From contig JANQNC010000001.1 of the NCBI GenBank assembly GCA_028279745.1, positions 810,001 to 842,000 of the forward strand: a DNA stretch of 32,000 nucleotides, in the 5' to 3' direction. The stretch is from Candidatus Nanoarchaeia archaeon (GTDB taxonomy: Archaea; Nanobdellota; Nanobdellia; Woesearchaeales; JANQNC01). The notes beneath the pieces are model-generated. The model saw nothing but the letters and a program-made list of their open reading frames with translations. It was not told the origin of the DNA and did not search any database. Of this stretch, positions 24,774 through 32,000 are shown piece after piece. The stretch's first letter is position 1, and each line of letters starts with the position of its first letter. The position numbers and the translations under genes were made by a program.

Positions 24774-25982
24774 ATGGAGCCATGGACAATTAAGCATCAA
24801 CCTGAGAAGATTTCTGAAATAAAAGGACAGGATAATGCAGTGAAGGAGATAGAGGAATTTCTAAAAAATTATGACAAGCAGAAAAAGAAAGCTTTGTTAT
24901 TACATGGGCCAACAGGTGTTGGAAAAACAGCTGCAGTTGTAGCATTTGCAAAAGAACATGATTATGAATTCTTAGAAGTGAATGCATCAGACTTTAGAAA
25001 TAAAGACAAGATCAATTCAATCATCGGTGAGAATTCAAAACAGATGAGCCTGTTTATGAGACCTAAATTAATATTGGTAGATGAGATAGATGGATTGTCG
25101 GGACAGAAAGATCGTGGAGGGGCGCCTGAGTTGGCTAGACAGATCAAAACAACAAATTTTCCAATAATAATGACTGCAAACGACGCATGGAACAAAAAAT
25201 TAAGTCCAGTACGAAAAGAATCAAAAGTTGTTGAGTTTTCTGATGTTGATAATGAAAGAATAATTGAAGTCTTAAGTTGGTTATGTGGAAAAGAAAATGT
25301 AGAATATGATGAACTAGTTTTGAAAGCAGTTGCAAGAAAGAATGCAGGAGATGTAAGAGGCGCAGTAAACGATCTACAATCATTAGCTAGAGAAGGAGGA
25401 AAGATAACAAAAGAAAAAGTAAATGAGTTATCTGATAGAAGAAAGACAGAAGAATTATCTTCCGCACTTATCAAAATATTCAAAACAACAGATGCAGACA
25501 TTGCTAAAGACGCATTAAATGATGTAAATGAGGATCTAGATGAATGTATGTTGTGGGTGGATGAGAATTTACCAAAAGAATACGAAAAACCAGAAGATTT
25601 AGCAAGAGCTTATGATAATTTATCAAAAGCAGACGTGTACAAAGGGAGAATAAGAAGGTGGCAGCACTGGAGATTCCTAGTGTATTATAATGCACTGATG
25701 ACTGCAGGAGTAGCAACAGCAAAAGATGAAAAATATAAAAAAATGATAAAGTATGAACAGACTAAAAGGTTATTGAAAATGTGGTTTGCGAAACAAAGCA
25801 ATTCTAAAAGAAACGCAATTGCTGAGAAGCTGTCAGAAAAAACACACAAATCAATAAAACAAACCATAAAAGAAACAATACCATACATGAAAGTTATTTT
25901 TAAAAATAATAAAGAGATGTCTGATAAGCTAGTTGAAGAGTTGGAATTAGAGAAAGAAGAAGTCGCTTGGTTAAAGAAGTGA
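24774..25982 (+). CDS. rfcL: replication factor C large subunit
   Basis: EPWTIKHQP...KALLLHGPTGVGKTAAV...EFLEVNASDFRNK, Walker B LILVDEIDGL and a basic C-terminal tail. Confidence 0.85.
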   Translation: MEPWTIKHQPEKISEIKGQDNAVKEIEEFLKNYDKQKKKALLLHGPTGVGKTAAVVAFAKEHDYEFLEVNASDFRNKDKINSIIGENSKQMSLFMRPKLILVDEIDGLSGQKDRGGAPELARQIKTTNFPIIMTANDAWNKKLSPVRKESKVVEFSDVDNERIIEVLSWLCGKENVEYDELVLKAVARKNAGDVRGAVNDLQSLAREGGKITKEKVNELSDRRKTEELSSALIKIFKTTDADIAKDALNDVNEDLDECMLWVDENLPKEYEKPEDLARAYDNLSKADVYKGRIRRWQHWRFLVYYNALMTAGVATAKDEKYKKMIKYEQTKRLLKMWFAKQSNSKRNAIAEKLSEKTHKSIKQTIKETIPYMKVIFKNNKEMSDKLVEELELEKEEVAWLKK

Positions 25983-26019
25983 AACTTTAAATATAATTAC
26001 TATTTTCTAATAGGAACAA

Positions 26020-27021
26020 ATGGATGAGTTTGATGAGGAAGAGTTTGAGGGTGAGGAATCTGAAAGCGATCTTGAAAAAAATTTAAGGGGGTTGCACTTA
26101 GATGCAGAACCTAATTTTGAAGAACAATTAGAACAAGAAAACCTAGAACCAAAAGTGCCTGGGAAAATAAGTCTGGAACAGAAGTATTACCAAATGCTCG
26201 AAAAAATAGTTGATGCCCCAGAAAACAAAATTCGTAAAAAACTAAAGAAGGGTTCTAATTTATCATACATAGCTGCTGCGTTTGTATCGATGCAAAAAGG
26301 GGAACTATCTAAAGATATAAGAGAATTCTCAACAGATTCAAGAGTAGCAACATTATCTTTAGTGGAAGAAGTTTGGTTTAATGACTCTATGATACAAGAT
26401 AACTTGTTTAATGCCTTAGAAGAAACTGAAGGGATTGTAAAAGATCAACAGATAGTAAACATAAAAACATTATGTGAAGATACAATATTGAAACTGGATA
26501 AATTAAAGAACAAACCAGATTTATTATTAGAACATAATATTTCAGATCCAAACTATATTCCTGATTATAAAAGACAATTTTTAATTATAAAAGGAAATGT
26601 AAAGGAATATCTTCAACTTATGGAAAAACTAGATGATGCGATAGAGCTAGATCGGGACAAAGAGATGTTAATAAGAGACAAAAGGGGAGAGTTCTTGGGT
26701 ATTAAAAGGGACTATAAACCACAAGAAGCACTTAACTTAAGACTGGATATGATATATAATGCATATGGGCAGATATCAAGAGGGATTGAAGAAAAAGATG
26801 AAAGAAAAGTAATCAATGCAATACGATCATTAAACAGTGCAGTAGTAGAGATGAATATCGGAAGAGAATACAAAGGAGGCGATGCTTTAATATCTGCACG
26901 TCATTATGTAAACGATATACATCCTGAAAAAATTAACTTCTTCGAACACTGTGCAAAAAGTATGGTGAAAGAAGACGAGGAGTGGGCAGCTAATCAACCT
27001 CCTAAAAACGAAAACCTTTAA
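26020..27021 (+). CDS. hypothetical 333-aa protein with strongly acidic N-terminus
   Basis: Leaderless geometry (CTTTAAATATAA about 28 nt upstream). MDEFDEEEFEGEESESD, no TM and no recognised motif. Confidence 0.5.
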   Translation: MDEFDEEEFEGEESESDLEKNLRGLHLDAEPNFEEQLEQENLEPKVPGKISLEQKYYQMLEKIVDAPENKIRKKLKKGSNLSYIAAAFVSMQKGELSKDIREFSTDSRVATLSLVEEVWFNDSMIQDNLFNALEETEGIVKDQQIVNIKTLCEDTILKLDKLKNKPDLLLEHNISDPNYIPDYKRQFLIIKGNVKEYLQLMEKLDDAIELDRDKEMLIRDKRGEFLGIKRDYKPQEALNLRLDMIYNAYGQISRGIEEKDERKVINAIRSLNSAVVEMNIGREYKGGDALISARHYVNDIHPEKINFFEHCAKSMVKEDEEWAANQPPKNENL

Positions 27022-27046
27022 ATATCCAATTTGAGTGCTGATTCTC

Positions 27047-28561
27047 ATGACATTAACAATAGACGAGATGGCAACATTTTGCAAGAAAAAAGGATTTGTA
27101 TATCCTTCATCAGAGTTGTATGGGGGGATAGCGGGATTCTTTGACTATGGGCCATTAGGTGCAGACCTAAAAGAAAATCTTAAGAGAAGTTGGTGGCAGT
27201 TTCACGTTCACGAAAGAGAAGACATAGTAGGGATAGATGGAAGCATAATAGCGCACCCAAAAATATGGCAAGCATCAGGACACGCAGAATGCTTTGGAGA
27301 TGTGATGGTGGAGTGTAAAAAATGCCATGAAAGATTAAGAGCAGATGTTCTGATTGAAGACACATTAAAAATACAAGCAGACGGATTAAGTGCAGAGGAC
27401 TTACAAAAATTAATTATTGAGAATAAGGTAGGATGTCCAAAATGTAAAGCAAATGATTTTACAGATGCAAAAGCATTCAACCTGATGTTCACAACAAATG
27501 TAGGACCAATCGAGAATGAAGAATCAAAAGCTTATCTACGAGCAGAAACAGCACAGATAATATTCTCAGCATTCAAGAATGTATTCGAAACATCAAGAAT
27601 GAAACTGCCGTTTGGGATAGCACAGATGGGGAAAGCGTTTAGAAACGAGATAGCTCCAAGAAATTTCTTATTCAGATGTAGAGAGTTCGAACAGATGGAG
27701 ATAGAGTACTTCATACACCCAGATGATACAAATAACTGTCCATTCATAGAAGAAGTGATGGACTATTCAATGTTGGTTTATAGTTCAGACATGCAACTAA
27801 ACAAAAAAGAACCAAAAGAGATGAAAATAAAAGAGCTACTTGAGAATGGAGTTATCAAGACACAATGGCACGGTTATTGGTTAGCAAAAGAACACCAATG
27901 GTTTGTAAGTTTAGGAGCTAATGGTTCAAAATTCAGAATAAGACAACACTTACCAGACGAAAAAAGCCATTATGCTTTAGATACTTGGGACTTAGAATAT
28001 GAATTCCCATTCGGATGGAAAGAGTTACAAGGAATGGCAAACAGGACAGACTTTGATTTACAACAACATATGAAACATTCCAAAAAAGATCTAAGCATAT
28101 TTGATGAAGGAACACAAAAGAAAATAGTTCCGCATGTAGTGGCAGAGCCTTCACAAGGTGTAGATAGAGCATTCTTGGTATTCATGTATGATGCATATGA
28201 AGAGGATAAAGAGAGAGGGAATATAGTTCTTAAGTTAAGTAATAAGTTAGCGCCAATTAAAGCGATAGTTTGTCCACTTATTAAGAAAGATCTATCTGAA
28301 TTGTCAAGAGAAGTATATGATGTGTTAAAAACTGAGATGCATGTTCAATATGATCAAGCAGGGAGTATAGGTAAGAGATATGCAAGAGCTGATGAGATAG
28401 GAATACCTTATGGTATAACGATAGATCACGATTCACTTGAAAAGAAGGATGTAACTATAAGAGATAGAGACAGTACAGAACAGAAAAGAGTGAAGATTTC
28501 AGAGCTGAAAGATGTGATGAAAAAGCTTATTTCTTATGAGATTAAGTTTGAAGATTTATAG
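27047..28561 (+). CDS. glyS: glycine--tRNA ligase (archaeal/eukaryotic alpha2 type)
   Basis: KKKGFVYPSSELYGGIAGFFDYGPLGADLKENL, class II motifs (FRNEIAPRNFLFRCREFEQMEIEYF) and a C-terminal anticodon-binding domain. Start at ATG 27047, with TTTAAATA 27017-27024 upstream; the track start is a GTG. Confidence 0.9.
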   Translation: MTLTIDEMATFCKKKGFVYPSSELYGGIAGFFDYGPLGADLKENLKRSWWQFHVHEREDIVGIDGSIIAHPKIWQASGHAECFGDVMVECKKCHERLRADVLIEDTLKIQADGLSAEDLQKLIIENKVGCPKCKANDFTDAKAFNLMFTTNVGPIENEESKAYLRAETAQIIFSAFKNVFETSRMKLPFGIAQMGKAFRNEIAPRNFLFRCREFEQMEIEYFIHPDDTNNCPFIEEVMDYSMLVYSSDMQLNKKEPKEMKIKELLENGVIKTQWHGYWLAKEHQWFVSLGANGSKFRIRQHLPDEKSHYALDTWDLEYEFPFGWKELQGMANRTDFDLQQHMKHSKKDLSIFDEGTQKKIVPHVVAEPSQGVDRAFLVFMYDAYEEDKERGNIVLKLSNKLAPIKAIVCPLIKKDLSELSREVYDVLKTEMHVQYDQAGSIGKRYARADEIGIPYGITIDHDSLEKKDVTIRDRDSTEQKRVKISELKDVMKKLISYEIKFEDL

Positions 28562-28750
28562 AGGTAAATAAGTATAAAAATAAGTATTTTTATATGTAAT
28601 TTTATTTGTATTATAATCAGTAATATAGTATGTAAAATAGTGTGTTTTAAAATATGTAATTAAATTGTTATAATAAAAAGTATATTATTAAGTATCTAAA
28701 TATGTAAATAGATAAGTTTAAATATGAGTATTTAAATAAGTACATTATAT
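28562..28750. promoter_or_regulatory. extremely AT-rich spacer built from recurring TATGTAA and TAAGTAT motifs
   Basis: TATGTAA occurs at 28593, 28629, 28653 and 28701. TAAGTAT occurs at 28569, 28581 and 28689, plus one-mismatch variants. Most of the few G residues sit in a GTA context. TATA-like TTTAAATA is at 28717-28724 and 28731-28738. Confidence 0.4.
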
Positions 28751-28915
28751 ATGGAATTTAAAAGAAAACTATACAAAAGAGGCAGCAGTTTTGAGACAAC
28801 AATACCTATGCCAATATTATTCTCAGTAGACGTTGAAAAGAAACAAAACGTAGTCTTTAAATTTGATAAAAAACAGAACAGGTGGTATGTGGATATAGAG
28901 GAGGCTAAAAAATGA
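28751..28915 (+). CDS. 54-aa AbrB/SpoVT-like (swapped-hairpin) small protein (below the ORF-track cutoff)
   Basis: MEFKRKLYKRGSSFETTIPMPILFSVDVEKKQNVVFKFDKKQNRWYVDIEEAKK. RKLYKRGSSFETTIP resembles the AbrB-type R-K-x-x-K-x-G-x-S-x-x-v-t-I-P start. The stop overlaps the ATG of the 703-aa gene (ATGA). Confidence 0.5.
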   Translation: MEFKRKLYKRGSSFETTIPMPILFSVDVEKKQNVVFKFDKKQNRWYVDIEEAKK

Positions 28916-31023
28916 GTGAAGCAAAACAATTTGCAATAGCGGGCTCAATCGCAATAGCAGTCTTCTTAGTCATGGGACTCTTAGGAGTAGGACCACAACT
29001 AACAGGATATTCTGTTTTAGATGAAAATTTAACAATCACAATAAACAACCCCGAACAAGGATCATCAATAAACTACACAGACGTAACTGTAAGTGTAACA
29101 ACAAATAAAGAAGCAGATTGTGAATTAAATAGTGAGTTGATGTTCACAACAGGAAGCACATTACACTTAGAGCCATTATCAGACTTAAGTGTTGGGGAGC
29201 ACCAATACAGTGTAGACTGTATGACAAATGAAACATCAGCTCAAGTAAATTTAGTGTTTACAATTGAAGAAAATGAAGTTGTAAACGAGACTGTTGAGAT
29301 TAATGAAACAGTAAACGAAACTGTAGATATCAACGAGACAGTAGATGTAAATGAAACGATAAATGAAACTGTAAACGAGACTGTTGATGAAACAGAAAAT
29401 ATAGTTCAGCAGATTCCTATAACGGTAACAAAGACAAGCCCGACACAATCAACACTAAGAGAAAAAAGTGCTTGGATAAATGTAACAACAAACATAAACG
29501 CAACATGTAAGTATGACGGTGTACAATTTGCTAATACTGGATCAGTAAAACACTCGCAGAAGTTAAGTAGTCTGGTTGAAGATGTGACATATTCTTACGA
29601 TGTTGAATGTTTGGATAATGGGAACAGCTCTAATAAAAAGAGGGTAACAGTAGGATTCAAGATAGACACAGAATACTGTGGAGATAATGTGTGTCAGAGT
29701 TCAGAAACAGCAAACGGTTGCAGAACTGACTGTGACTCAGATGAGGATGGAATAAAAGACACAGAAGACAAACTAATAGGATCAGTAGATGATGTAGATG
29801 TATCATATATAGATGACTTTGTGATAAAGATAGACGGATCAACAAACCTAAAAAAATCATTCTCGGGAGACAGAGAAATCAAATTCTATTCAGATGATGA
29901 ACTTATTGTAGAATTTGACTATGACTTCGATGAAGCACTAGACTTAAACAGTATAACAATCAAAAAACAATCAACAAGCAAAGACTATGGTTATATTTTG
30001 ATAAATGGGTTGGACATAGGAAATGAGGAAAAAACAGTTTATGTAGATTCGGTAGCTGACTCAGATAAGTTATGTGTACTAGATGAAAATGTAACATCAC
30101 TATCAGACCTTACAGATGAGTGTGATGGAGAAGACGAAGTATTGCTTAAATGTCCAGAAACAAGATCAGGCATAACTTGTGCAAAAGACGGAGACAGATA
30201 TGAGATAGTTGGGTTGGATCATAGCTTAGTTAAGGAGATGGAGAAAAACGAAAGTGAGAAGGCGGAGGATGAGATAGAAGAAAACTGCGCAAAATACTGG
30301 GTGTGTACTGCATGGAACCCATCAAACTGTCCACCAGAAGGAAGACAGACAAGATCATGCACAAACACTAAAGGATGTGGTGATGGAAAACCAACACTTA
30401 TGCAGACATGTACATACCAGCCTTCATGTGAAGACGGAATAAGAAACCAAGGAGAGATACAAACAGACTGCGGAGGACCTTGTAAAGCATGCTCAACAAC
30501 ATTCCAAAGAAGACAACCGATACCTGTAGCAACAACAGCAACAGGACAGGCAGCAGCAGAAACACAATCAGCAAAAAATATAGATGATGAAGAAGGAGGA
30601 AGCATATTCTTATGGTTGATCATACTAGTGATATTGGGAATAGGTGGGGCAGGAACATATATTTATGTGAAACCGCAGTTGAAAAACTTACATCTAATGA
30701 AAAAAGAAGAGACAGGCGGGGAATATTCATTAGAAGACGTAAAAGAAGCATTGTTACTATTGGAAGAACCAATCCACACAGCACTGATACAAGGAAACTC
30801 AGAACAGGACATCAAGAACTCATTAGTAGAACAAGGATGGGATCTAGACTTGGTAGAAGAGATACTGAAAGTGTACCAGTTTGAAGAACACCACAAACAG
30901 TTGTATGAATATATGAAAAAACAGATAGCAAAAGGCAAAGATATAGCTGAAGTTAGAAGAAACCTGATAGAGAAGAAATGGGATAAGAAGCTAGTGGATG
31001 AGATGATCAAAGTAGCTAAATAA
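28912..31023 (+). CDS. large cell-surface protein: signal anchor, duplicated domains, NET-sequon linker, Cys-rich module, C-terminal TM and tail repeats
   Basis: GGAGG upstream. N-terminal TM IAGSIAIAVFLVMGLLGV. Two paralogous domains of about 80 aa (..TTN..A.C...F..TGS..H..LS.L...Y..V.C). C-rich segment W.C...C..G.Q.R.C...C...Q.C...SCEDGIRNQGEIQTDCGGPCKAC. TM IFLWLIILVILGIGGAGTYIYV, followed by two tail repeats. Confidence 0.75.
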   Translation: MSEAKQFAIAGSIAIAVFLVMGLLGVGPQLTGYSVLDENLTITINNPEQGSSINYTDVTVSVTTNKEADCELNSELMFTTGSTLHLEPLSDLSVGEHQYSVDCMTNETSAQVNLVFTIEENEVVNETVEINETVNETVDINETVDVNETINETVNETVDETENIVQQIPITVTKTSPTQSTLREKSAWINVTTNINATCKYDGVQFANTGSVKHSQKLSSLVEDVTYSYDVECLDNGNSSNKKRVTVGFKIDTEYCGDNVCQSSETANGCRTDCDSDEDGIKDTEDKLIGSVDDVDVSYIDDFVIKIDGSTNLKKSFSGDREIKFYSDDELIVEFDYDFDEALDLNSITIKKQSTSKDYGYILINGLDIGNEEKTVYVDSVADSDKLCVLDENVTSLSDLTDECDGEDEVLLKCPETRSGITCAKDGDRYEIVGLDHSLVKEMEKNESEKAEDEIEENCAKYWVCTAWNPSNCPPEGRQTRSCTNTKGCGDGKPTLMQTCTYQPSCEDGIRNQGEIQTDCGGPCKACSTTFQRRQPIPVATTATGQAAAETQSAKNIDDEEGGSIFLWLIILVILGIGGAGTYIYVKPQLKNLHLMKKEETGGEYSLEDVKEALLLLEEPIHTALIQGNSEQDIKNSLVEQGWDLDLVEEILKVYQFEEHHKQLYEYMKKQIAKGKDIAEVRRNLIEKKWDKKLVDEMIKVAK
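29278..29394 (+). repeat. in-frame tandem repeat encoding (V/I)NETV(D/E) units (N-glycosylation sequons)
   Basis: Encodes VVNETVEINETVNETVDINETVDVNETINETVNETVDE, with 7 NET sequons. The 17-nt string GTAAACGAGACTGTTGA is exactly repeated at 29281 and 29371. Confidence 0.8.
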
Positions 31024-31103
31024 TAATTCTTTTTTATAAACCCCCAAAACCTTTATAAATACCCTCTTAACTTTTTCTAGATAACATAACGGAGGACATT
31101 AAG

Positions 31104-31469
31104 ATGAAAGTAAACGAACTACAAGCAAAACAAGGAAACGTGGACATAGAAGTAGAGATAGTATCAGTAGATGAACCAAGAGAATTCCAAAAATTTGGAA
31201 TGACTGGAAGAGTTGCAAACGCAACCGCAAAAGATGATACAGGAGAAATCAAAGTAACTCTATGGAACGAACAAATCGACCAGGTAAAAGCGGGAGATAA
31301 GGTTAAGATAACAAAAGGATACGTTAATGAATGGCAAGGTGAAAAACAACTTACAACAGGTAAATTTGGCCAGTTAGAAGTTTTAGGATCTGAGTCAACA
31401 GAAGGAACAGAAGCTAATGAAGAAGCTTCAGACGCAGTTGAAGACGCAACTGAAGAGAAAGTAGAATAA
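31104..31469 (+). CDS. single OB-fold ssDNA-binding protein with acidic C-terminal tail
   Basis: VDIEVEIVSV..PREF......GRVANATAKDDTGEIKVTLWNEQ...VKAGDKVKITKGYVNEWQGEKQL is an OB-fold pattern. The tail is EGTEANEEASDAVEDATEEKVE. GGAGG lies upstream. Confidence 0.7.
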   Translation: MKVNELQAKQGNVDIEVEIVSVDEPREFQKFGMTGRVANATAKDDTGEIKVTLWNEQIDQVKAGDKVKITKGYVNEWQGEKQLTTGKFGQLEVLGSESTEGTEANEEASDAVEDATEEKVE

Positions 31470-31495
31470 ATCTTGTGTTAATGGGTTGAGTTCAA

Positions 31496-31608
31496 GGGGA
31501 CGTAGCTCAGCCTGGGAGAGCACTACGCTGAAGACACACTCACTACGTTCGTAGTTTCAGAGTGTCTCTGAAACGTAGGTGTCCCGGATTCAAATTCCGG
31601 CGTCCCCA
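31496..31608 (+). tRNA. tRNA-Phe (GAA) with a roughly 39-nt intron at the canonical 37/38 position
   Basis: Acceptor GGGGACG/CGTCCCC and D arm GCTC-AGCCTGGGA-GAGC. The anticodon stem is CTACG/CGTAG, with loop CT-GAA-GA (GAA at 31530-31532). The T arm is CCGGA-TTCAAAT-TCCGG and the discriminator is A. The intron is about 31534-31572, with an internal hairpin ACUAC-GUUC-GUAGU and an exon-intron helix AGACAC/GUGUCU compatible with a bulge-helix-bulge site. Confidence 0.9.
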
Positions 31609-31620
31609 CTTTATTTTTCT
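31609..31620 (+). terminator. oligo-T tract after tRNA-Phe
   Basis: CTTTATTTTTCT immediately 3' of the discriminator base. Archaeal termination typically uses T-runs. Confidence 0.4.
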
Positions 31621-31655
31621 TAAATTTTATATAGTATGGGATAAAGTAGTTCTAT

Positions 31656-32000
31656 ATGGGGGAGAAGAATTTAGAGGAGAGGAGTGATCTAGATCTAATC
31701 AGAGAGTATAGACGAGGTAATAAAGAAGCAGCAGGAGTACTTTACTTTAGATATGAAAAAGCGATAAACCATATGTCTCAGAATACAGTAAGACTTCCAA
31801 GAACAACCCCTCAAGATAAAAAAGGATTAGTTCACATGATATTTGTGAATGCGTTTCCGATGTATAAAAATAAAAACAAAGCAGGATTCCTAACTTACTT
31901 GAAAAGATGCGTAAAGAATGGTTTACTTTCTGAATATAAGAAACTTATAGCACAAAAAAGACAAGGGGAGCTAACTACAATAAGCTTGGATTCAGAAACA
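31656..32000 (+). CDS. sigma-70 region-2-like (ECF-type) protein, 3'-truncated by the window edge
   Basis: Absent from the ORF track because it has no stop. The ATG at 31656 is about 24 nt after TTTTATATA and the frame is open to nt 32000. SDLDLIREYRRGNKEAAGVLYFRYEKAI mirrors ECF sigma region 1.2/2.1 (compare RpoE VLVERVQKGDQKAFNLLVVRYQHKV). FLTYLKRCVKNGLLSEYKK mirrors region 2.3/2.4 (F.TWL.RIA.N...D..R). Confidence 0.45.
   Translation, partial: MGEKNLEERSDLDLIREYRRGNKEAAGVLYFRYEKAINHMSQNTVRLPRTTPQDKKGLVHMIFVNAFPMYKNKNKAGFLTYLKRCVKNGLLSEYKKLIAQKRQGELTTISLDSET

Noticed and set aside
1089-27046. Longer upstream start codons offered by the track: 1145, 3296, 7402, 11430, 17868 (TTG), 20414, 22222 and 27035 (GTG).
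   Set aside because: Each longer start would overlap a neighbouring gene, RNA or promoter. In each case an internal ATG has correct TATA spacing (about 26 nt), an SD at 6-9 nt, or an ATGA coupling, and begins where the family-typical N-terminus begins.
28562-28750. The AT-rich repeat spacer as a replication origin (DUE plus ORB boxes).
   Set aside because: No orc1/cdc6 gene is adjacent. The repeats are short 7-mers rather than long ORB-type inverted repeats. The location just upstream of a gene pair fits a promoter or regulatory region better. It is kept only as a regulatory candidate.
1-31252. Many track ORFs lie antisense to, or embedded in, strongly supported genes. Examples are 1-189(-), 1722-1961(-), 3788-4072(+), 4276-5006(-), 6812-7024(+), 7377-7649(-), 9741-10740(+), 13702-14016(+), 14458-15930(-), 16009-17223(-), 18620-19434(-), 19865-20209(-), 24962-25888(-), 27180-28185(-), 29251-29882(-), 30219-31010 and 31067-31252(-).
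   Set aside because: They lie fully inside CDSs with clear family motifs on the other strand or frame. Their compositions are low-complexity (Leu/Ser/Phe/Cys-rich), typical of AT-rich shadow frames. They lack TATA or SD signals.

Overview
Visibly AT-rich archaeal chromosome segment. The archaeal assignment rests on archaeal-type DnaG, Nop5 and fibrillarin, the RFC large subunit, SecF/SecD, an SRP (7S) RNA and an intron-containing tRNA-Phe. It also rests on a recurring BRE/TATA box (AAAGGTTTATAWA-like) about 26 nt upstream of mostly leaderless ATGs. The compact gene layout, frequent ATGA stop/start overlaps and Cys-rich surface proteins suggest a small-genome DPANN-like archaeon, but that is inference only. 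Most ORFs are recognisable housekeeping genes: trpS, cysS, valS, glyS, dnaG, rfcL, secFD, speH, nop5, flpA, an OB-fold SSB, a presenilin-like protease, an S2P/M50 protease, DJ-1/PfpI and a HerA-like ATPase. The main exception is a tightly packed six-gene minus-strand cassette (11170-14063) between dnaG and the S2P-secFD block. None of its six products matches a family I recognise. Two are glycine-zipper membrane proteins. One protein looks like a fusion of domains that also occur as two separate cassette proteins. Other observations: (1) two sub-60-aa ORFs missed by the ORF track, a TM micro-protein inside the nop5-flpA operon and an AbrB-like protein coupled to a 703-aa surface protein; (2) four directly abutting related hairpins between convergent genes; (3) a GC-enriched structured element downstream of the cassette; (4) a motif-laden, extremely AT-rich spacer; (5) a bacterial sigma-70 region-2-like ORF right after tRNA-Phe at the window edge. 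All functional calls come from motif recognition by eye. No database search was run.
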